Source of the DNA: Candidatus Uhrbacteria bacterium
GTDB lineage: Bacteria; Patescibacteriota; Patescibacteriia; UBA9934; UBA10169
Direction: 5' to 3'
NCBI GenBank assembly: GCA_016187485.1
Contig: JACPJO010000004.1
Coordinates: forward strand, 121,349 to 185,348
Length of the DNA stretch: 64,000 nucleotides
The translations under genes and the position numbers were made by a program. Shown piece after piece: positions 26,739 to 37,404 of the stretch (position 1 is its first letter; each line of letters starts with the position of its first letter). Under the pieces are notes generated by a model. It was not told the DNA's origin and searched no databases. It saw nothing but the letters and a program-made list of their open reading frames with translations.

Positions 26739-27008
26739 GCGGACGTGGCTGCGGTGAAGTCCCTGCTACAGATGGCCGGGGCGCTCCGGCGCTTCTACGA
26801 CCTGGCGCCAACCGAGCGCGAGAAGAAGGATCTGCTGACTCGGGTCTTCCATCGCATCGTCGTCGTCGACCGCACCGTCCAATCCATCGAGTACCAAGCC
26901 CCCTTCGACTGCCTGCTCTCCGACGACAGCCGGTTGCGGGGTTCTGAGATTCCACCGGACGCAGCGCGGGAGCTGCTCGAAGCCGGCCAGAGTGCGCTGG
27001 CGGCCTGA
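26247..27008 (+). pseudogene. C-terminal fragment (zinc ribbon + coiled coil) of a large serine recombinase; the N-terminal resolvase catalytic domain is absent
   Basis: LLRGLLYCGLCQRRMTAELHPKGAYYRCYPDADGRHCPARYTPVLQFDAEVEQRLENISL matches the LSR zinc-beta-ribbon pattern L.GLL.CG.CG..M....YY.C....C, followed by a coiled coil. The frame opens at 26133 (stop at 26130) with no resolvase domain upstream in any frame. Confidence 0.55.
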
Positions 27009-27123
27009 GAGTCCTCCCTCGAACATCGTTAGTTTGCGTCCACCATCCTACGCGACAGCAGCAAAGCTGGTGGAGCGTAGGATGCCCTCCGGAGCTTTAG
27101 CGCAGGAGGGCTGTGTTGTAGGT

Positions 27124-27154
27124 ATTCTCCGTTCAAGCGGAGAATTTTTGTTTT
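27124..27154 (+). terminator. Rho-independent terminator (ATTCTCCGttcaagCGGAGAAT + TTTTGTTTT). It also lies immediately 3' of the rnc stop on the opposite strand.
   Basis: 8-bp stem with a 6-nt loop and a T-tract. It marks the island/backbone boundary. Confidence 0.5.
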
Positions 27155-27857
27155 ACCCCGCCCATCCTTTTGCTTTTAGTGCATTCTGGGCAGCAGAGAC
27201 TTGTGCTTCTTGTTTGCTCGTCCCCTCACCCGTGGCCACCAACTCGCGTCCAAGATACACCCCAATCACAAACTTCTTGGCATGATCCGGCCCCGATTCT
27301 TCAATCACCTTGTATGCCGGCGTGACGGCAAATCGCTCTTGCGCCTCTTCTTGAAATCGTGATTTTGGATCTACGTACAGCTTGAGCTCAAGAATCTTCG
27401 GCAGCTCGACAAGAATATGCGATAAGATAAATTGCTTCGACACTTCCCATCCCTGGTCCAAATACATGGCCCCAATGATCGCCTCGCAGGCGTTGGCCAA
27501 GATATAGCGTCGGGCTTTTGAGTTGGCATCTTTTGCTTCTCCACGCGAGAGATAGAGAAACTCCTCCGTCCGCCACCGTGCACAAATATCCGAGAGCGTG
27601 TCCGCATTTACAAGCGACGCGCGCCAGTTGGTAAGCTCGCCTTCTGGATTATTGTAGTTCTGATACAGGTGCTCCGTGACGACAAGCTCAAGCACCGCGT
27701 CGCCCAAAAACTCCAGGCGCTCGTTGTGCCCGATGGGAAAGTCCGGATGTTCATTGAGGTAGGACCGGTGAACGAGAGCTTGACGCAACATGTCCGTATT
27801 CTTGAATGTCACGCCCAATTCTCGTTCAAGGTCTCCAAGAGGTGAGTGGAGATCCAT
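27153..27857 (-). CDS. rnc: Ribonuclease III
   Basis: RNase III signature ERLEFLGDAVLELVVTEHLY and a C-terminal dsRBD (..GEGTSKQEAQVSAAQNAL..). Confidence 0.9.
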   Translation of the reverse strand: MDLHSPLGDLERELGVTFKNTDMLRQALVHRSYLNEHPDFPIGHNERLEFLGDAVLELVVTEHLYQNYNNPEGELTNWRASLVNADTLSDICARWRTEEFLYLSRGEAKDANSKARRYILANACEAIIGAMYLDQGWEVSKQFILSHILVELPKILELKLYVDPKSRFQEEAQERFAVTPAYKVIEESGPDHAKKFVIGVYLGRELVATGEGTSKQEAQVSAAQNALKAKGWAG

Positions 27858-27866
27858 AGAAGTATA

Positions 27867-28343
27867 TTATTTTTTCTCTTCATCTTTTTTCTTCGGTGGT
27901 TCTTTGTCTACAGCTTTCTCGTTCCCGCTCGCGATCATATCTTTATAGATGGCCCCAAGCACCCCATTTACAAACCGCCCGGATGCCTCGCCACCGAATC
28001 CTTTCGCCAACTCGATGGCTTCGTTAATCGCTACCTTCGAGGGTACGCGCTCCGAATAACACAGCTCATAAATACCCAGACGAAGGACATTCCTGTCAAT
28101 CACGGTGATGGATTCAATCGGCCAGTCTGGAGCAAAGCGCCGGATGCGCTCATCTATCTCCGTTAACCGTCCCAGAACCCCATCCACGAGTTCTTTGATG
28201 AATCCTTCGTCATCGAACTTCGGCGCAAACTCCCCGCGGGCATATTCCCGCCATGCCTCAAGCTGGCCGGCATCCTTGCCGTTGAAATCCCACAGATAGA
28301 GCGTTTGGAGCGCGATGGTACGCGCAAGGTGCCTGTTCGACAT
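27867..28343 (-). CDS. nusB: Transcription antitermination factor NusB, with a Lys/Glu-rich C-terminal tail
   Basis: ARTIALQTLYLWDFNG..., all-helical NusB fold pattern, and tail ...KAVDKEPPKKKDEEKK. Confidence 0.75.
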   Translation of the reverse strand: MSNRHLARTIALQTLYLWDFNGKDAGQLEAWREYARGEFAPKFDDEGFIKELVDGVLGRLTEIDERIRRFAPDWPIESITVIDRNVLRLGIYELCYSERVPSKVAINEAIELAKGFGGEASGRFVNGVLGAIYKDMIASGNEKAVDKEPPKKKDEEKK

Positions 28344-28391
28344 AGAGCAAAGAGCGTTACAGGGAGTATACCATACAAAAGCGCCTGGGGA

Positions 28392-28679
28392 TTACCCAGA
28401 CGCATGTTCTTTTTCTTCTTTGTGTTCCTCGTGATCGTGATCGTGTGTCCCGGTCTTTGCCTTCATTTTTTCTTGCGCACGTTTCATGAGGCGCTCCACT
28501 GACCGCGCAACATTGAGAACTTGGCGACCTCGATAGAACCCACATTGTGCACACGCCGTATGTGGGCGAACAGGCGCTTTACATTTCGGACAATCCGAAA
28601 TTTGCATCGGCTTCAAGGCATGGTGAGCCCGACGCCGACGTGTTTTGGACTTGGAATGTCTATGGCCCGGCAATGGCAT
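28392..28679 (-). CDS. rpmF: 50S ribosomal protein L32 (zinc-ribbon type) with a His/Glu-rich C-terminal extension
   Basis: HRHSKSKTRRRRAHHAL...CPKCKAPVRPHTACAQCGFYRGRQV is the L32 core with a C-x2-C...C-x2-C ribbon. Tail ...GTHDHDHEEHKEEKEH. Confidence 0.7.
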   Translation of the reverse strand: MPLPGHRHSKSKTRRRRAHHALKPMQISDCPKCKAPVRPHTACAQCGFYRGRQVLNVARSVERLMKRAQEKMKAKTGTHDHDHEEHKEEKEHASG

Positions 28680-28713
28680 AACGGCGGCACTCTAGCAAAG
28701 GAGTACGTGCATG

Positions 28714-31197
28714 TCAAACAAGTTCCGCCGTCGCCACGGCGTCCCCTTCTTTCTTAAATCTCATAACTCGTACTCCCTGCGTAGCCCGTCCAAGCACCGA
28801 GACAGAGGAAAGCGCCGTGCGAATTACCTGCCCTGCCTCCGAAACAACCAAGAGATCACGCTCGTCGTCGGAACGCACAATTCGCGCAGACACTACTGAC
28901 CCCGTTTTGTCCGTGACGTTTGCCGTCATAATGCCGGATCCGCCGCGACCTTGTACTTTGTATTCCTCTACCGGCGTGCGCTTGCCGTACCCATGTTTCA
29001 TGAGCGTGAAGAGCTGATACGCGCCCTTCTTTGCTTTACTTGCAATCACTTCCATCCCCACAATCTCATCCGTGCCGTGCAACTTAATACCGCGCACCCC
29101 CGCCGCCACGCGCCCCATCGCGCGCACGTTCTTTTCGACAAACTGAATTGCCTGACCATCAGCCGTTACCAGAATAATATGGTCGTCCCCATCCGTTGGC
29201 CGTACCCACTGCAAACTATCACCTTCGTTTAATTTAATGGCAATAAGCCCGCTTCGGCGCACCGATTCAAACGCGCCAAGCTCCACTTTTTTTATTGTCC
29301 CGCGTCGCGTTACCATGACCAAATATTTGTACGATTCAATATCTTCAAGCGAGAGAGACGTGGTGACAAGTTCGCCCGGTGCGAGCTGTAGAAAATTCAC
29401 CAGTGCCTGCCCCTTTGCCGTCCGGCTCGCTTCGGGCACATCGTACGCTTTCAACTGGAAGATACGCCCGCGGTTCGTGAAGAAGAGCAAGTCTTTATGC
29501 GTCGTTGTGGCAAAAACTTGTTCTACCGCGTCCTCTTCTTTCGCGGTCATGCCCGAGACGCCTTTCCCCCCACGCGCTTGCGCTTTGAACGTGTCCGGCG
29601 GAAGGCGTTTAATATATCCCCCCTCGGTGATCATCACGACGGTCGGCGCATCAGCGATGACATCCTCCATGCGGAAGTTTTTCACGCCGCTTGCCACAAT
29701 CTCTGTGCGGCGCGCATCGCCGTAGCGTTCCTTCATGTCCTTCGCATCCTGTTTCACGATCATCAGAATTTTCGCCGGAGATTTGAGGATAGCTTCAAGC
29801 TCCTTGATAAGCGCCATCTTCTCTTTATATTCCTGTTCCACCTTCAACCGTTCCAAGTTTGCCAACCGGCGTAGCTGCATCTCTAAAATCGCCAGTGCCT
29901 GCAGCTCCGAAAGTTTAAATTTTTTAATGAGGTTGGCTTTTGCCTCGTCTTGATCGGCAGATTTCTTTATAGTCTCAATCACTTTATCAATCTGCAAAAT
30001 AGCAATGCGGAGTCCCTCCAAAATATGGGCGCGCGCTTGCGCTTTATCAAGATCGTATGCCGTGCGGCGGCGAACCACTTCCTGCCGATGCTTTACGTAC
30101 TCCTCAAGCATGCCGCGCAGGTTGAGGAGGCGCGGCGCAATCCCGTCCACTAGAGCGACAAAATTCGTATGAAAAGTATCTTGCAGTTGTGTGGCTTGAT
30201 ACAGGCGGTTCAACACTTTTCTGGGATACGCGTCCTTCTTGAGTTCAATGACAACGCGCAGCCCGTCTTTGGACGACTCGTCGCGCAAGTCGCGAATGCC
30301 CTCGATCTTTTTCTCCTGCACAAGATCAGCAATCTTCTCAAGCAGCGCCGCCTTGTTCACTTGGTAAGGAATCTCGGTAACAATAATAGCGTGCCCTTGC
30401 TTATCCTCCACGATTTCGGCTTTCGCCCGCATGACGATGCCGCCTCGGCCCGTGGAATACGCTTGGCGGATGTCCTCACGGTTGTAGATAATCCCGCCCG
30501 TGGGAAAATCCGGGCCCTTCACGAACTGCAACAAATCTTCCACGGTCGCTTTTGGATTTTCAATCAAGTGAATGATCGCGTCGCACACTTCGGTGAGGTT
30601 GTGAGGGGGAATATTCGTGGCCATACCGACCGCAATCCCAAGTGTCCCCTCCACCATGAGAGTAGGGAGCTTAGAGGGAAGCACGCGCGGTTCCTTGTGC
30701 GTGCCATCGTAGTTTGGCGCAAACTCCACCGTTTCTTTTTCCAGGTCCACGAGCGCCTCCTCGGCAATAGCAGAAAGCTTGGCCTCCGTATAGCGATAGG
30801 CAGCCGCTTCGTCTCCGTCAATCGAGCCGAAGTTCCCCTGCCCGTGCACAAGGGGGTATCGGAGCGAAAAGTCTTGTGCCAAACGCACAAGCGCCGCATA
30901 CACCGATGCGTCCCCGTGCGGGTGGTATTTCCCAAGCACGTCTCCAACCACCGTGGCGCATTTTTTAAACTTGGCGCTCGCCCGTAGCCCCGACTGCCAC
31001 ATGGAGTAGAGAATGCGCCGTTGAACGGGTTTCATGCCATCGCGCACATCGGGAAGAGCGCGCTGAACAATGACAGACATGGCATAATCCAAATAACTCG
31101 TCTCCATCTCGGTGACAATACTACGATCCACAATGTGCCCAGCGGACGGTGTTACCTGAGTGTCTTCCTGTTTTTCTGGCAGGGGGCGTTTGGCCAT
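28714..31197 (-). CDS. gyrA: DNA gyrase subunit A
   Basis: 827 aa with ...[30 protein letters not shown]..., active-site Tyr region ([10 protein letters not shown]) and C-terminal beta-pinwheel repeats. Confidence 0.95.
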   Translation of the reverse strand: MAKRPLPEKQEDTQVTPSAGHIVDRSIVTEMETSYLDYAMSVIVQRALPDVRDGMKPVQRRILYSMWQSGLRASAKFKKCATVVGDVLGKYHPHGDASVYAALVRLAQDFSLRYPLVHGQGNFGSIDGDEAAAYRYTEAKLSAIAEEALVDLEKETVEFAPNYDGTHKEPRVLPSKLPTLMVEGTLGIAVGMATNIPPHNLTEVCDAIIHLIENPKATVEDLLQFVKGPDFPTGGIIYNREDIRQAYSTGRGGIVMRAKAEIVEDKQGHAIIVTEIPYQVNKAALLEKIADLVQEKKIEGIRDLRDESSKDGLRVVIELKKDAYPRKVLNRLYQATQLQDTFHTNFVALVDGIAPRLLNLRGMLEEYVKHRQEVVRRRTAYDLDKAQARAHILEGLRIAILQIDKVIETIKKSADQDEAKANLIKKFKLSELQALAILEMQLRRLANLERLKVEQEYKEKMALIKELEAILKSPAKILMIVKQDAKDMKERYGDARRTEIVASGVKNFRMEDVIADAPTVVMITEGGYIKRLPPDTFKAQARGGKGVSGMTAKEEDAVEQVFATTTHKDLLFFTNRGRIFQLKAYDVPEASRTAKGQALVNFLQLAPGELVTTSLSLEDIESYKYLVMVTRRGTIKKVELGAFESVRRSGLIAIKLNEGDSLQWVRPTDGDDHIILVTADGQAIQFVEKNVRAMGRVAAGVRGIKLHGTDEIVGMEVIASKAKKGAYQLFTLMKHGYGKRTPVEEYKVQGRGGSGIMTANVTDKTGSVVSARIVRSDDERDLLVVSEAGQVIRTALSSVSVLGRATQGVRVMRFKKEGDAVATAELV

Positions 31198-31206
31198 ACG
31201 AAAATA

Positions 31207-31407
31207 TTACTTGGCAAAGGCGTTTTGGAATCCATCTTTCAGCTGATCTTGCGTGGCAGCCCCCCCTTCGAGACTCTGTCCGAACGTCCGAAGTGACTCC
31301 CTCACACTCAAGAGCCAAACCGCAAGGCTCCCCGCAAGCACAAGCGCAAAAGCTGTATAGGCAAAGATCCGTGTCCGGTGAGGAAGTTTTGGATCAACAA
31401 GCTGCAT
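31207..31407 (-). CDS. Small hypothetical membrane protein (66 aa; start placed at the internal ATG 31407 so it abuts the upstream stop)
   Basis: Single TM helix (IFAYTAFALVLAGSLAVWLLSV). It sits between the MBL hydrolase gene and gyrA. Confidence 0.3.
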   Translation of the reverse strand: MQLVDPKLPHRTRIFAYTAFALVLAGSLAVWLLSVRESLRTFGQSLEGGAATQDQLKDGFQNAFAK

Positions 31408-31409
31408 AG

Positions 31410-32048
31410 CTATTCGCGGCGTAAAACAACAACTTGAAGAACGTCCTCCGTCAAGTCTTTTTTGGCGACTTTCCATTTGACCTGTTCTTCTTTGGAGGTA
31501 CTGCCAAGCGCGCGCAAAAATTTTTCCGGCCCCAACTCTTTCACGCCGATAGAAGATGCCCCAAAATAGATCGGGACGACCGCGCGCGGCTCAATGGCCG
31601 TCACGACTTCTGCGGCCGTCTCGGCATCGAGCACCACCCCGCCGCCCACGGGCACAAACAGGATGTCTACATCCCCAAGCAATTTCAATTCTTCCTCCGA
31701 AAGCGGACGGTCAAGCGCGCCTAAATGCGCGACCTCCAATCCCTCGGCCGTCAGTCGTGAAACGAAGTGTGCACTCCCATCTTTGCGCGGAACGGGAAGG
31801 GCGTAGCAGAATATGCCACCCACTTCGTACTCGCCCGGAATATCTATGACGAAAGGCTTTCCTTCTATACCCTCAAGCGCGTGCGATTCCGGCGCATCAT
31901 GGGAAGCAACAATCAAATCTGCTTTAAGCAACCGCGGCGGACGCATGCCAACGCTCGACGCATACGGATCCATAACCACGCGCATTTCGCCCTGCGCGTG
32001 CTTTGCCGTCATATCCACACACCCAAGTCCGTGAGAGACAAATTGCAT
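31410..32048 (-). CDS. MBL-fold metal-dependent hydrolase (UPF0173-like)
   Basis: ..DLIVASHDAPESHAL.., ..DILFVPVGGG.. and an overall beta-lactamase-fold pattern of about 210 aa. Confidence 0.65.
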   Translation of the reverse strand: MQFVSHGLGCVDMTAKHAQGEMRVVMDPYASSVGMRPPRLLKADLIVASHDAPESHALEGIEGKPFVIDIPGEYEVGGIFCYALPVPRKDGSAHFVSRLTAEGLEVAHLGALDRPLSEEELKLLGDVDILFVPVGGGVVLDAETAAEVVTAIEPRAVVPIYFGASSIGVKELGPEKFLRALGSTSKEEQVKWKVAKKDLTEDVLQVVVLRRE

Positions 32049-32051
32049 AGT

Positions 32052-32723
32052 TTACATTTCCCCCAAAACATCCTTCCAGTAGTCTACGGCGGCCTTTACA
32101 TCCGTCGGGTCTGGATCACGCTCCGTTACCGACCAGCCCGTGCGGAAGGTCCGTACTTGATTATTGATCTCTTCCGCATAGCGCTTGTCTTTGCCCGCAA
32201 GCGTTTCCAGCTCCTCGATCAACGCTTCAATACTCTTGGCCTCCGCCTCCCAATGCGCCACGCGTTCGTCGTACTCTTTGACGTGGTTTTTCACAATACC
32301 CTTGTCCTCTTGCTCCATTTTGTAGCGCGCCAGCAGCATTCCATCTTCCACCTGGTAGCGCTCTTCCGGAGAGAGCTTCTCCTGAAACCAGCCGCTTGCC
32401 ATAACCTCTTCAATCGTCACCCCGTCTTTCAACATGGGACGGAGTTTCTCCGCCACTTTCGCATCCACGTGGTCAAGCACAAGTGCAGCCTCCATCCCCT
32501 CACCGTACGTTCCGTGCAAATCCAAAAGCGCATGACGGTGTGGATATTCCTTGCGCCCAAGTTCCGCGAGAGCCTCAAGAACGGTTTCCTCTGTGATAGA
32601 TTCATCTGCACGAAACTTCGCAACCTGTGCCTTTGCCTGCTTGGCAAGATCCGGCAGAGTCGGGGGAAGTTTCTTGACGGCAAGGTCAAATTCGAGGAGA
32701 AGAGACTGATGAGGATGGGCCAT
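32052..32723 (-). CDS. Hypothetical protein (223 aa), acidic and helical
   Basis: Clean single ORF 4 nt from the MBL gene. No recognisable motif. Confidence 0.5.
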   Translation of the reverse strand: MAHPHQSLLLEFDLAVKKLPPTLPDLAKQAKAQVAKFRADESITEETVLEALAELGRKEYPHRHALLDLHGTYGEGMEAALVLDHVDAKVAEKLRPMLKDGVTIEEVMASGWFQEKLSPEERYQVEDGMLLARYKMEQEDKGIVKNHVKEYDERVAHWEAEAKSIEALIEELETLAGKDKRYAEEINNQVRTFRTGWSVTERDPDPTDVKAAVDYWKDVLGEM

Positions 32724-32842
32724 AGGAGTAGGGAAAGAATGGGGCTATTGTAGCCCAAGCGGCGATGGTCGTCGAGGGAGTCCGCAAAAAGAGAAACCGA
32801 CCTGTTGAGGTCGGGCGCGGAGGAAGGAACGAGGGGCGGAGG

Positions 32843-33202
32843 CTAGGCCACGGCGGCAGGCTTACCCGTGCTGAAGGCGGTAGCCGGAAGCGGAATGAGA
32901 GCGACGAGCGGCCGCTCGCGATCCTTCAGCTCCTCGACCGGCAACACCGTGTTCGCCAGGCACTCCGTGAGCGCCATGTGCACGCGGGTGTGCAAGTCGT
33001 TGCAGACGTCGGGCGTACGCGTCCCCTTCTCCTTGTAGACGATCTCGACGTAGATCGAACGACCTTCGGTCACGATCGGGATGGGACGGATGTTGTCCGC
33101 GTGCGCGCCAAAGTCGGGCGTGCCGATCATGGCCTTCACGATGGCCTCCATGAGCAGGCCGGGGGTGTAGAACAGCGGGCAGTAGAGCTTGACAGCGGGC
33201 AT
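32843..33202 (-). CDS. T-fold protein, possibly QueF-like (7-cyano-7-deazaguanine reductase family)
   Basis: Start placed at MPAVKLYCP.... LYCP..GTPDFGAH resembles QueF SLCPKTGQPDFA, and PDVCNDLHTRVHMAL resembles HEDCMNIIMNDL. Weak similarity judged by eye only. Confidence 0.35.
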   Translation of the reverse strand: MPAVKLYCPLFYTPGLLMEAIVKAMIGTPDFGAHADNIRPIPIVTEGRSIYVEIVYKEKGTRTPDVCNDLHTRVHMALTECLANTVLPVEELKDRERPLVALIPLPATAFSTGKPAAVA

Positions 33203-33261
33203 GGAGCCTCCAGGGTTGCGTTGGCAATGTAGCAGGATACCAAGAAAAATCAAGGTGGATT

Positions 33262-33291
33262 CTCTCTTAGTGATCTCTAAGAGAGAATCTT
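33262..33291. promoter_or_regulatory. Perfect 12-bp inverted repeat ATTCTCTCTTAG-tgatct-CTAAGAGAGAAT in the divergent intergenic region between the T-fold gene and rpsA
   Basis: Read directly. It contains the TTAGTGATC core seen at 5631/5718, 48552 and 49118. Confidence 0.45.
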
Positions 33292-33413
33292 TGCTATGCG
33301 CCTATCCGCTCCTTGACACTCGGCCTGGCATCGCCTACACTCCCCCCATTCTTTATTCATAGCCCCGTCCGTCCCCGACTACCTAAAAGTCAGGCTACGG
33401 CCGGAAATATCGT

Positions 33414-34544
33414 ATGACCGATCAAATCCCTCTCTCCCCTTTTGGCGCTCTTCTCGCCGAGAACGAGGCCTATTTGCTTTTCCCAAAGCTGGGTGACATC
33501 GTGAAAGGTAAGGTCGTCTCTGCCAACCGCCGCGAGGTGCGCCTCGACTTGAGTGGTGTCGCCGTGGGTGTCGTACGCGGCCGCGAACTTTTTGCCGAAT
33601 CCGAAGAATACGCGTCGCTTGAGCCAGGCAACGAAATCGAAGCAACGGTAATTGGTCTTGAAAACGAAAACGGCGAGATCGAACTCTCCTTCCGATTCAC
33701 GGGTGCCCAAAAGGCATGGGAAGGACTGCGTGATGGCCAGACCAAGAGCGAGATTGTGAAAGCGAAGATCCTCGACGCCAACAAAGGCGGCCTTATTGTG
33801 CAGGTGGGCCATGTCACAGGCTTCCTTCCCGTCTCGCAACTCTCCCCCGACCACTACCCACGCGTATCGGGCGGCGACAAGCAGAAAATCTTGGAGAAGT
33901 TGAAAACATACGTCGGGGAATCTTTCGACGTGCGCCTTCTGGATGTGAATGAACAAGATGAAAAACTCATCGTCTCGGAAAAGGCTGTGTGGGAAGAGAA
34001 GCGTAAAAGCGAAATCTCTCAGTATAAAGTTGGCAATACCGTGGACGGAGACGTTACCGCGCTTGCGGACTTCGGCGCGTTTGTAAAATTCGACGCGCTG
34101 GAAGGATTGGTGCACATCAGTGAAATCGCCTGGCAGCGCATTGACCACCCCAAAGATGTCCTCAAGGTCGGCGACCATGTACGCGCCGAGATCATCGGTA
34201 TAGAGGGATCAAAGATCTTCCTCTCCATGAAGAAACTTATGGAAGATCCGTGGCGTAATGTGGAGAAGAGGTACAAAGTGGGCGACGTGGTAAAGGGCAA
34301 AGTGTTAAAAGTAAATCCCTTCGGCTTCTTTGTAGAACTGGACCAAGACATCCACGGCTTGGCGCACGTAAGTGAGCTTTCGGAAAAGCCCGTGGAAGAT
34401 CTTCACACCATTGCCAATGAGGGCGACACGATTGATTTCAAAGTGGTGTCCATTGAACCAAAAGAGCACCGCCTGGGCTTGAGCCTCAAGGCAATGAAGG
34501 AACCCACGGCTCCTGTCAAAGAAGATGTGCCGCAAGCGGCATAA
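33414..34544 (+). CDS. rpsA: 30S ribosomal protein S1 (four S1 domains)
   Basis: Repeated S1 motifs (GDIVKGKVV..., GQTKSEIVKAKI..., GNTVDGDVTALADFGAFV..., GDVVKGKVLKVNPFGFFV...). Confidence 0.9.
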   Translation: MTDQIPLSPFGALLAENEAYLLFPKLGDIVKGKVVSANRREVRLDLSGVAVGVVRGRELFAESEEYASLEPGNEIEATVIGLENENGEIELSFRFTGAQKAWEGLRDGQTKSEIVKAKILDANKGGLIVQVGHVTGFLPVSQLSPDHYPRVSGGDKQKILEKLKTYVGESFDVRLLDVNEQDEKLIVSEKAVWEEKRKSEISQYKVGNTVDGDVTALADFGAFVKFDALEGLVHISEIAWQRIDHPKDVLKVGDHVRAEIIGIEGSKIFLSMKKLMEDPWRNVEKRYKVGDVVKGKVLKVNPFGFFVELDQDIHGLAHVSELSEKPVEDLHTIANEGDTIDFKVVSIEPKEHRLGLSLKAMKEPTAPVKEDVPQAA

Positions 34545-34601
34545 ATAGATAATGAACGGGGCTTCGAGGCCCCGTTCCTTCGTGTTATACTGCCATCGCT
34601 T

Positions 34602-36458
34602 ATGAAACCTCTCTCGAAAAATGTCATTGTCTTTCTCCTCGTGATCCTTGCGTTTGGCGCCATTCTTTCGACAACCAGAACAACGCAAGAAAAACCTGTC
34701 GAGGCTTCCGTGTCGGAAATTGTTGCAAGCATCCATGCCAGCACTATCACGAAAATTGAGGTGCGCGGCACAGAAATGATCGCGTTTGCGAGCGATGGCC
34801 GACAATTGAAGGCTACGAAAGAATCCCAGCCGTCCGTGCCCGAACTTTTGTCCACCTACGGCGTGAGCGGCGACGAATTGGCGCGCTTGCCCATTGAGAT
34901 CAAACAAAACAGCGGCAAGCATTACCTCTTGAGTGTCCTCCTTCCCTCGCTCCTGCCGCTCTTCATCCTGCTCCTCGTGTTCTATCTCATGTTCCGGCAG
35001 TTCCAGGGAGCGAATGGCCGCGCGCTGCAGTTTGGCATGAGCGGTGCAAAGGAAGTAAGTGCGGAAGATCGTGCGCGCGTCACGTTTGCCGATGTTGCAG
35101 GCGCGAAGGAGGCAAAGGAAGAGCTTGAGGAAGTTGTAGATTTCTTGAAGCAACCAAAAAAGTTTACCGAGGTGGGCGCAAAGATTCCGAAGGGCGTGCT
35201 CCTCATGGGCGCACCCGGCACCGGAAAAACGCTCCTCGCTCGCGCGGTCGCGGGAGAGGCTGACGTGCCGTTCTTTCATATTTCCGGTTCTTCATTTGTA
35301 GAAATGTTCGTAGGGGTGGGCGCTGCACGCGTGCGCGACCTCTTCGCAAAGGCGAAAAAGAGCGCTCCCTGCATTGTCTTCATTGACGAGATCGATGCCG
35401 TAGGGCGCCATCGCGGGGCGGGACTTGGCGGCGGGCACGATGAGCGCGAGCAAACGCTCAACCAGATCTTGGTCGAGATGGATGGATTTGAAACAAACCT
35501 GGGCGTCATCGTGATGGCTGCCACCAATCGCCCCGACGTTCTCGACCCGGCTTTGCTGCGTCCGGGCCGTTTTGACCGGCGCGTCGTCATTGACTTGCCT
35601 GACATTAACGACCGTGAGGCCATTTTGAAGATCCACGCAAAGAACAAACCGCTGGCGGAGGGAGCAAATCTTCGCCGTCTCGCCGAGCGCACCGTAGGAT
35701 TTTCCGGCGCCGATTTGGAGAGTGTTCTGAACGAAGCGGCGATTGCAACCGCGCGCCACGACGAAACGACCATCTCCATGCAGAGACTCACCGATGCCAT
35801 TGAAAAAGTCCTCCTGGGCCCCGAACGCAAGAGCCATGTACTCACAGAGCGCGAGCGTACCGTCACGGCTTATCACGAGGCAGGCCATGCCTTTGTCGCG
35901 CACACGCTTCCCCATGCCGACCCCGTGCACAAAATTTCCATCATTAGCCGCGGACGTGCTGCTGGCTACACCATGAATCTCCCCTCCGAAGATCGCAAAA
36001 TGCACACGCGCGCTTCATTCCTCGATGACATGGCAGTGTTTCTGGGCGGTTATGTTTCCGAGAGCCTCCATTTTGGCGACGTGACGACGGGTGCGTCCGA
36101 TGATCTCAAACGCGCCACCGCACTGGCACGCGACCTTGTTACACGCTACGGTATGAGCGAGGCGCTCGGCGCCCGCACCTATGGGAGTGCTTCGCAGGAG
36201 ATTTTCCTCGGCCGCGACTACCACGAGATGCGTGACTATTCTGACGCCACTGCGGAGGCCATCGATCAAGAGATCTTGCGGCTTGTGGAGGAAGCAAAAG
36301 GACGCGCCAGGAAGATCATTGAGGAAAATCGTGATAAGATGAAGATAATCGCCGACGAACTCTTGGTGAAAGAAACCATCGAGAAAGAACGTTTTGAAGA
36401 ATTGGTCGGCGCTAAAACGTCCATGAAGGAGGAGTATGGCGCACGCGTCCAAACGTAA
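34602..36458 (+). CDS. ftsH: ATP-dependent zinc metalloprotease FtsH
   Basis: N-terminal TM helix, AAA+ module ([18 protein letters not shown], second region of homology) and [10 protein letters not shown] zinc site. Confidence 0.95.
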   Translation: MKPLSKNVIVFLLVILAFGAILSTTRTTQEKPVEASVSEIVASIHASTITKIEVRGTEMIAFASDGRQLKATKESQPSVPELLSTYGVSGDELARLPIEIKQNSGKHYLLSVLLPSLLPLFILLLVFYLMFRQFQGANGRALQFGMSGAKEVSAEDRARVTFADVAGAKEAKEELEEVVDFLKQPKKFTEVGAKIPKGVLLMGAPGTGKTLLARAVAGEADVPFFHISGSSFVEMFVGVGAARVRDLFAKAKKSAPCIVFIDEIDAVGRHRGAGLGGGHDEREQTLNQILVEMDGFETNLGVIVMAATNRPDVLDPALLRPGRFDRRVVIDLPDINDREAILKIHAKNKPLAEGANLRRLAERTVGFSGADLESVLNEAAIATARHDETTISMQRLTDAIEKVLLGPERKSHVLTERERTVTAYHEAGHAFVAHTLPHADPVHKISIISRGRAAGYTMNLPSEDRKMHTRASFLDDMAVFLGGYVSESLHFGDVTTGASDDLKRATALARDLVTRYGMSEALGARTYGSASQEIFLGRDYHEMRDYSDATAEAIDQEILRLVEEAKGRARKIIEENRDKMKIIADELLVKETIEKERFEELVGAKTSMKEEYGARVQT

Positions 36459-37404
36459 CCCTGCCCGTTACCGAACTCTGCTCCGAGAAGCAGCGCAAGA
36501 ATCCATTGCCGTGCGTGACGGATGGTTTTTTGGTATACCGGCCGCCCTCATTCTCTCCGGGAGTGCCGTGGGGCCCCTTATGCGCGCATGGCGTGGCATT
36601 TCCCTCCCCGAAAACACGTTTTTGGAGCGCCTGTTTCCGTGGAGCGAACCGCTTGGGCAATGGGTCGCACAACTCCCCCTCCTCTCCTCCACACGCGCGA
36701 CCCTTACGTTGAGTTTTGTTATTACCCTGGGATTTTTCCTGGCTATTCTTGCCGTCTTGTGCCAGGGTGCCCTGGTAGAGATGGCCCGCAACAGGCACAA
36801 AAAGTCCCCCCGTTCCCTCCTTCAAAATTCAAAGAAAATATTCTGGCGCGTGCTCGGCATTGATGCTCTTGCCTTCGCGACGACGGCCGCTCTCCTCGCT
36901 CTCCTTTTCGCCCCGCTCCCTGCCCCTCTTTCGTGGTTTGATGACATAACGCAGATGCTATTCCTTCTTGTGGGCTTTGCCCTCCTTCTTGTCTCTTCGG
37001 CCGTAGCAATTTTTGCTTTGGCTGACACGGCATCGGGGACGGGAGTGTGGCAAAGCTGGCGCACAGCTTGGCGCACTGCACTTGCCCACGGTCTCGCAAC
37101 AGTGGAACTTATTCTTCTGCTGCTTGCCGCAAGCTTCGTCATTGGTGCTATTGGAGCAGTCGCCCTATCCTTCATCACCGTGCTCTACAGCACCCTCTAC
37201 CTTGTCTTTGCGTGGGCGGGCTCCCTGGTCCTCACATCGTTTGCCACCACGGTGGCTACGCTCCTGTTCGTGGCCACACTCCTTCTTGGGGCTGGGGTGT
37301 TCACGGCCTTTGCCTACCACACATTGACACGGGCCTACACGCACATAAAAAAGCGGCAGTTTGAGAGCCGGACGCGCCGCATGGTACAACAGATGTGGCT
37401 ATGA
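36436..37404 (+). CDS. Hypothetical polytopic membrane protein (322 aa)
   Basis: At least 6 hydrophobic helices. It overlaps the ftsH stop and the pilB start by a few nt, which is operon-like packing. Confidence 0.5.
   Translation: MAHASKRNPARYRTLLREAAQESIAVRDGWFFGIPAALILSGSAVGPLMRAWRGISLPENTFLERLFPWSEPLGQWVAQLPLLSSTRATLTLSFVITLGFFLAILAVLCQGALVEMARNRHKKSPRSLLQNSKKIFWRVLGIDALAFATTAALLALLFAPLPAPLSWFDDITQMLFLLVGFALLLVSSAVAIFALADTASGTGVWQSWRTAWRTALAHGLATVELILLLLAASFVIGAIGAVALSFITVLYSTLYLVFAWAGSLVLTSFATTVATLLFVATLLLGAGVFTAFAYHTLTRAYTHIKKRQFESRTRRMVQQMWL

Larger units (their letters stand above)
20523..27150. mobile_element. Putative degraded integrative element / genomic island at the 3' end of tRNA-Lys (about 68-70% GC against a 55-60% backbone)
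   Basis: The compositional jump begins right after tRNA-Lys. The segment contains a truncated tyrosine recombinase, a serine-recombinase C-terminal fragment, an HEXXH ORF and membrane ORFs, and ends at the terminator before rnc. No flanking direct repeat was found by eye. Confidence 0.55.

Noticed and set aside
27000-27120. Looked for an attR-like direct repeat of the tRNA-Lys 3' end, and examined the rearranged dyad CCACCATCCTACGC…GCGTAGGATG at the island's right edge
   Set aside because: No match to the tRNA-Lys 3' sequence (GGTTCGAATCCTCC…) was seen by eye. The local dyad is imperfect and unexplained, so no att site is claimed.
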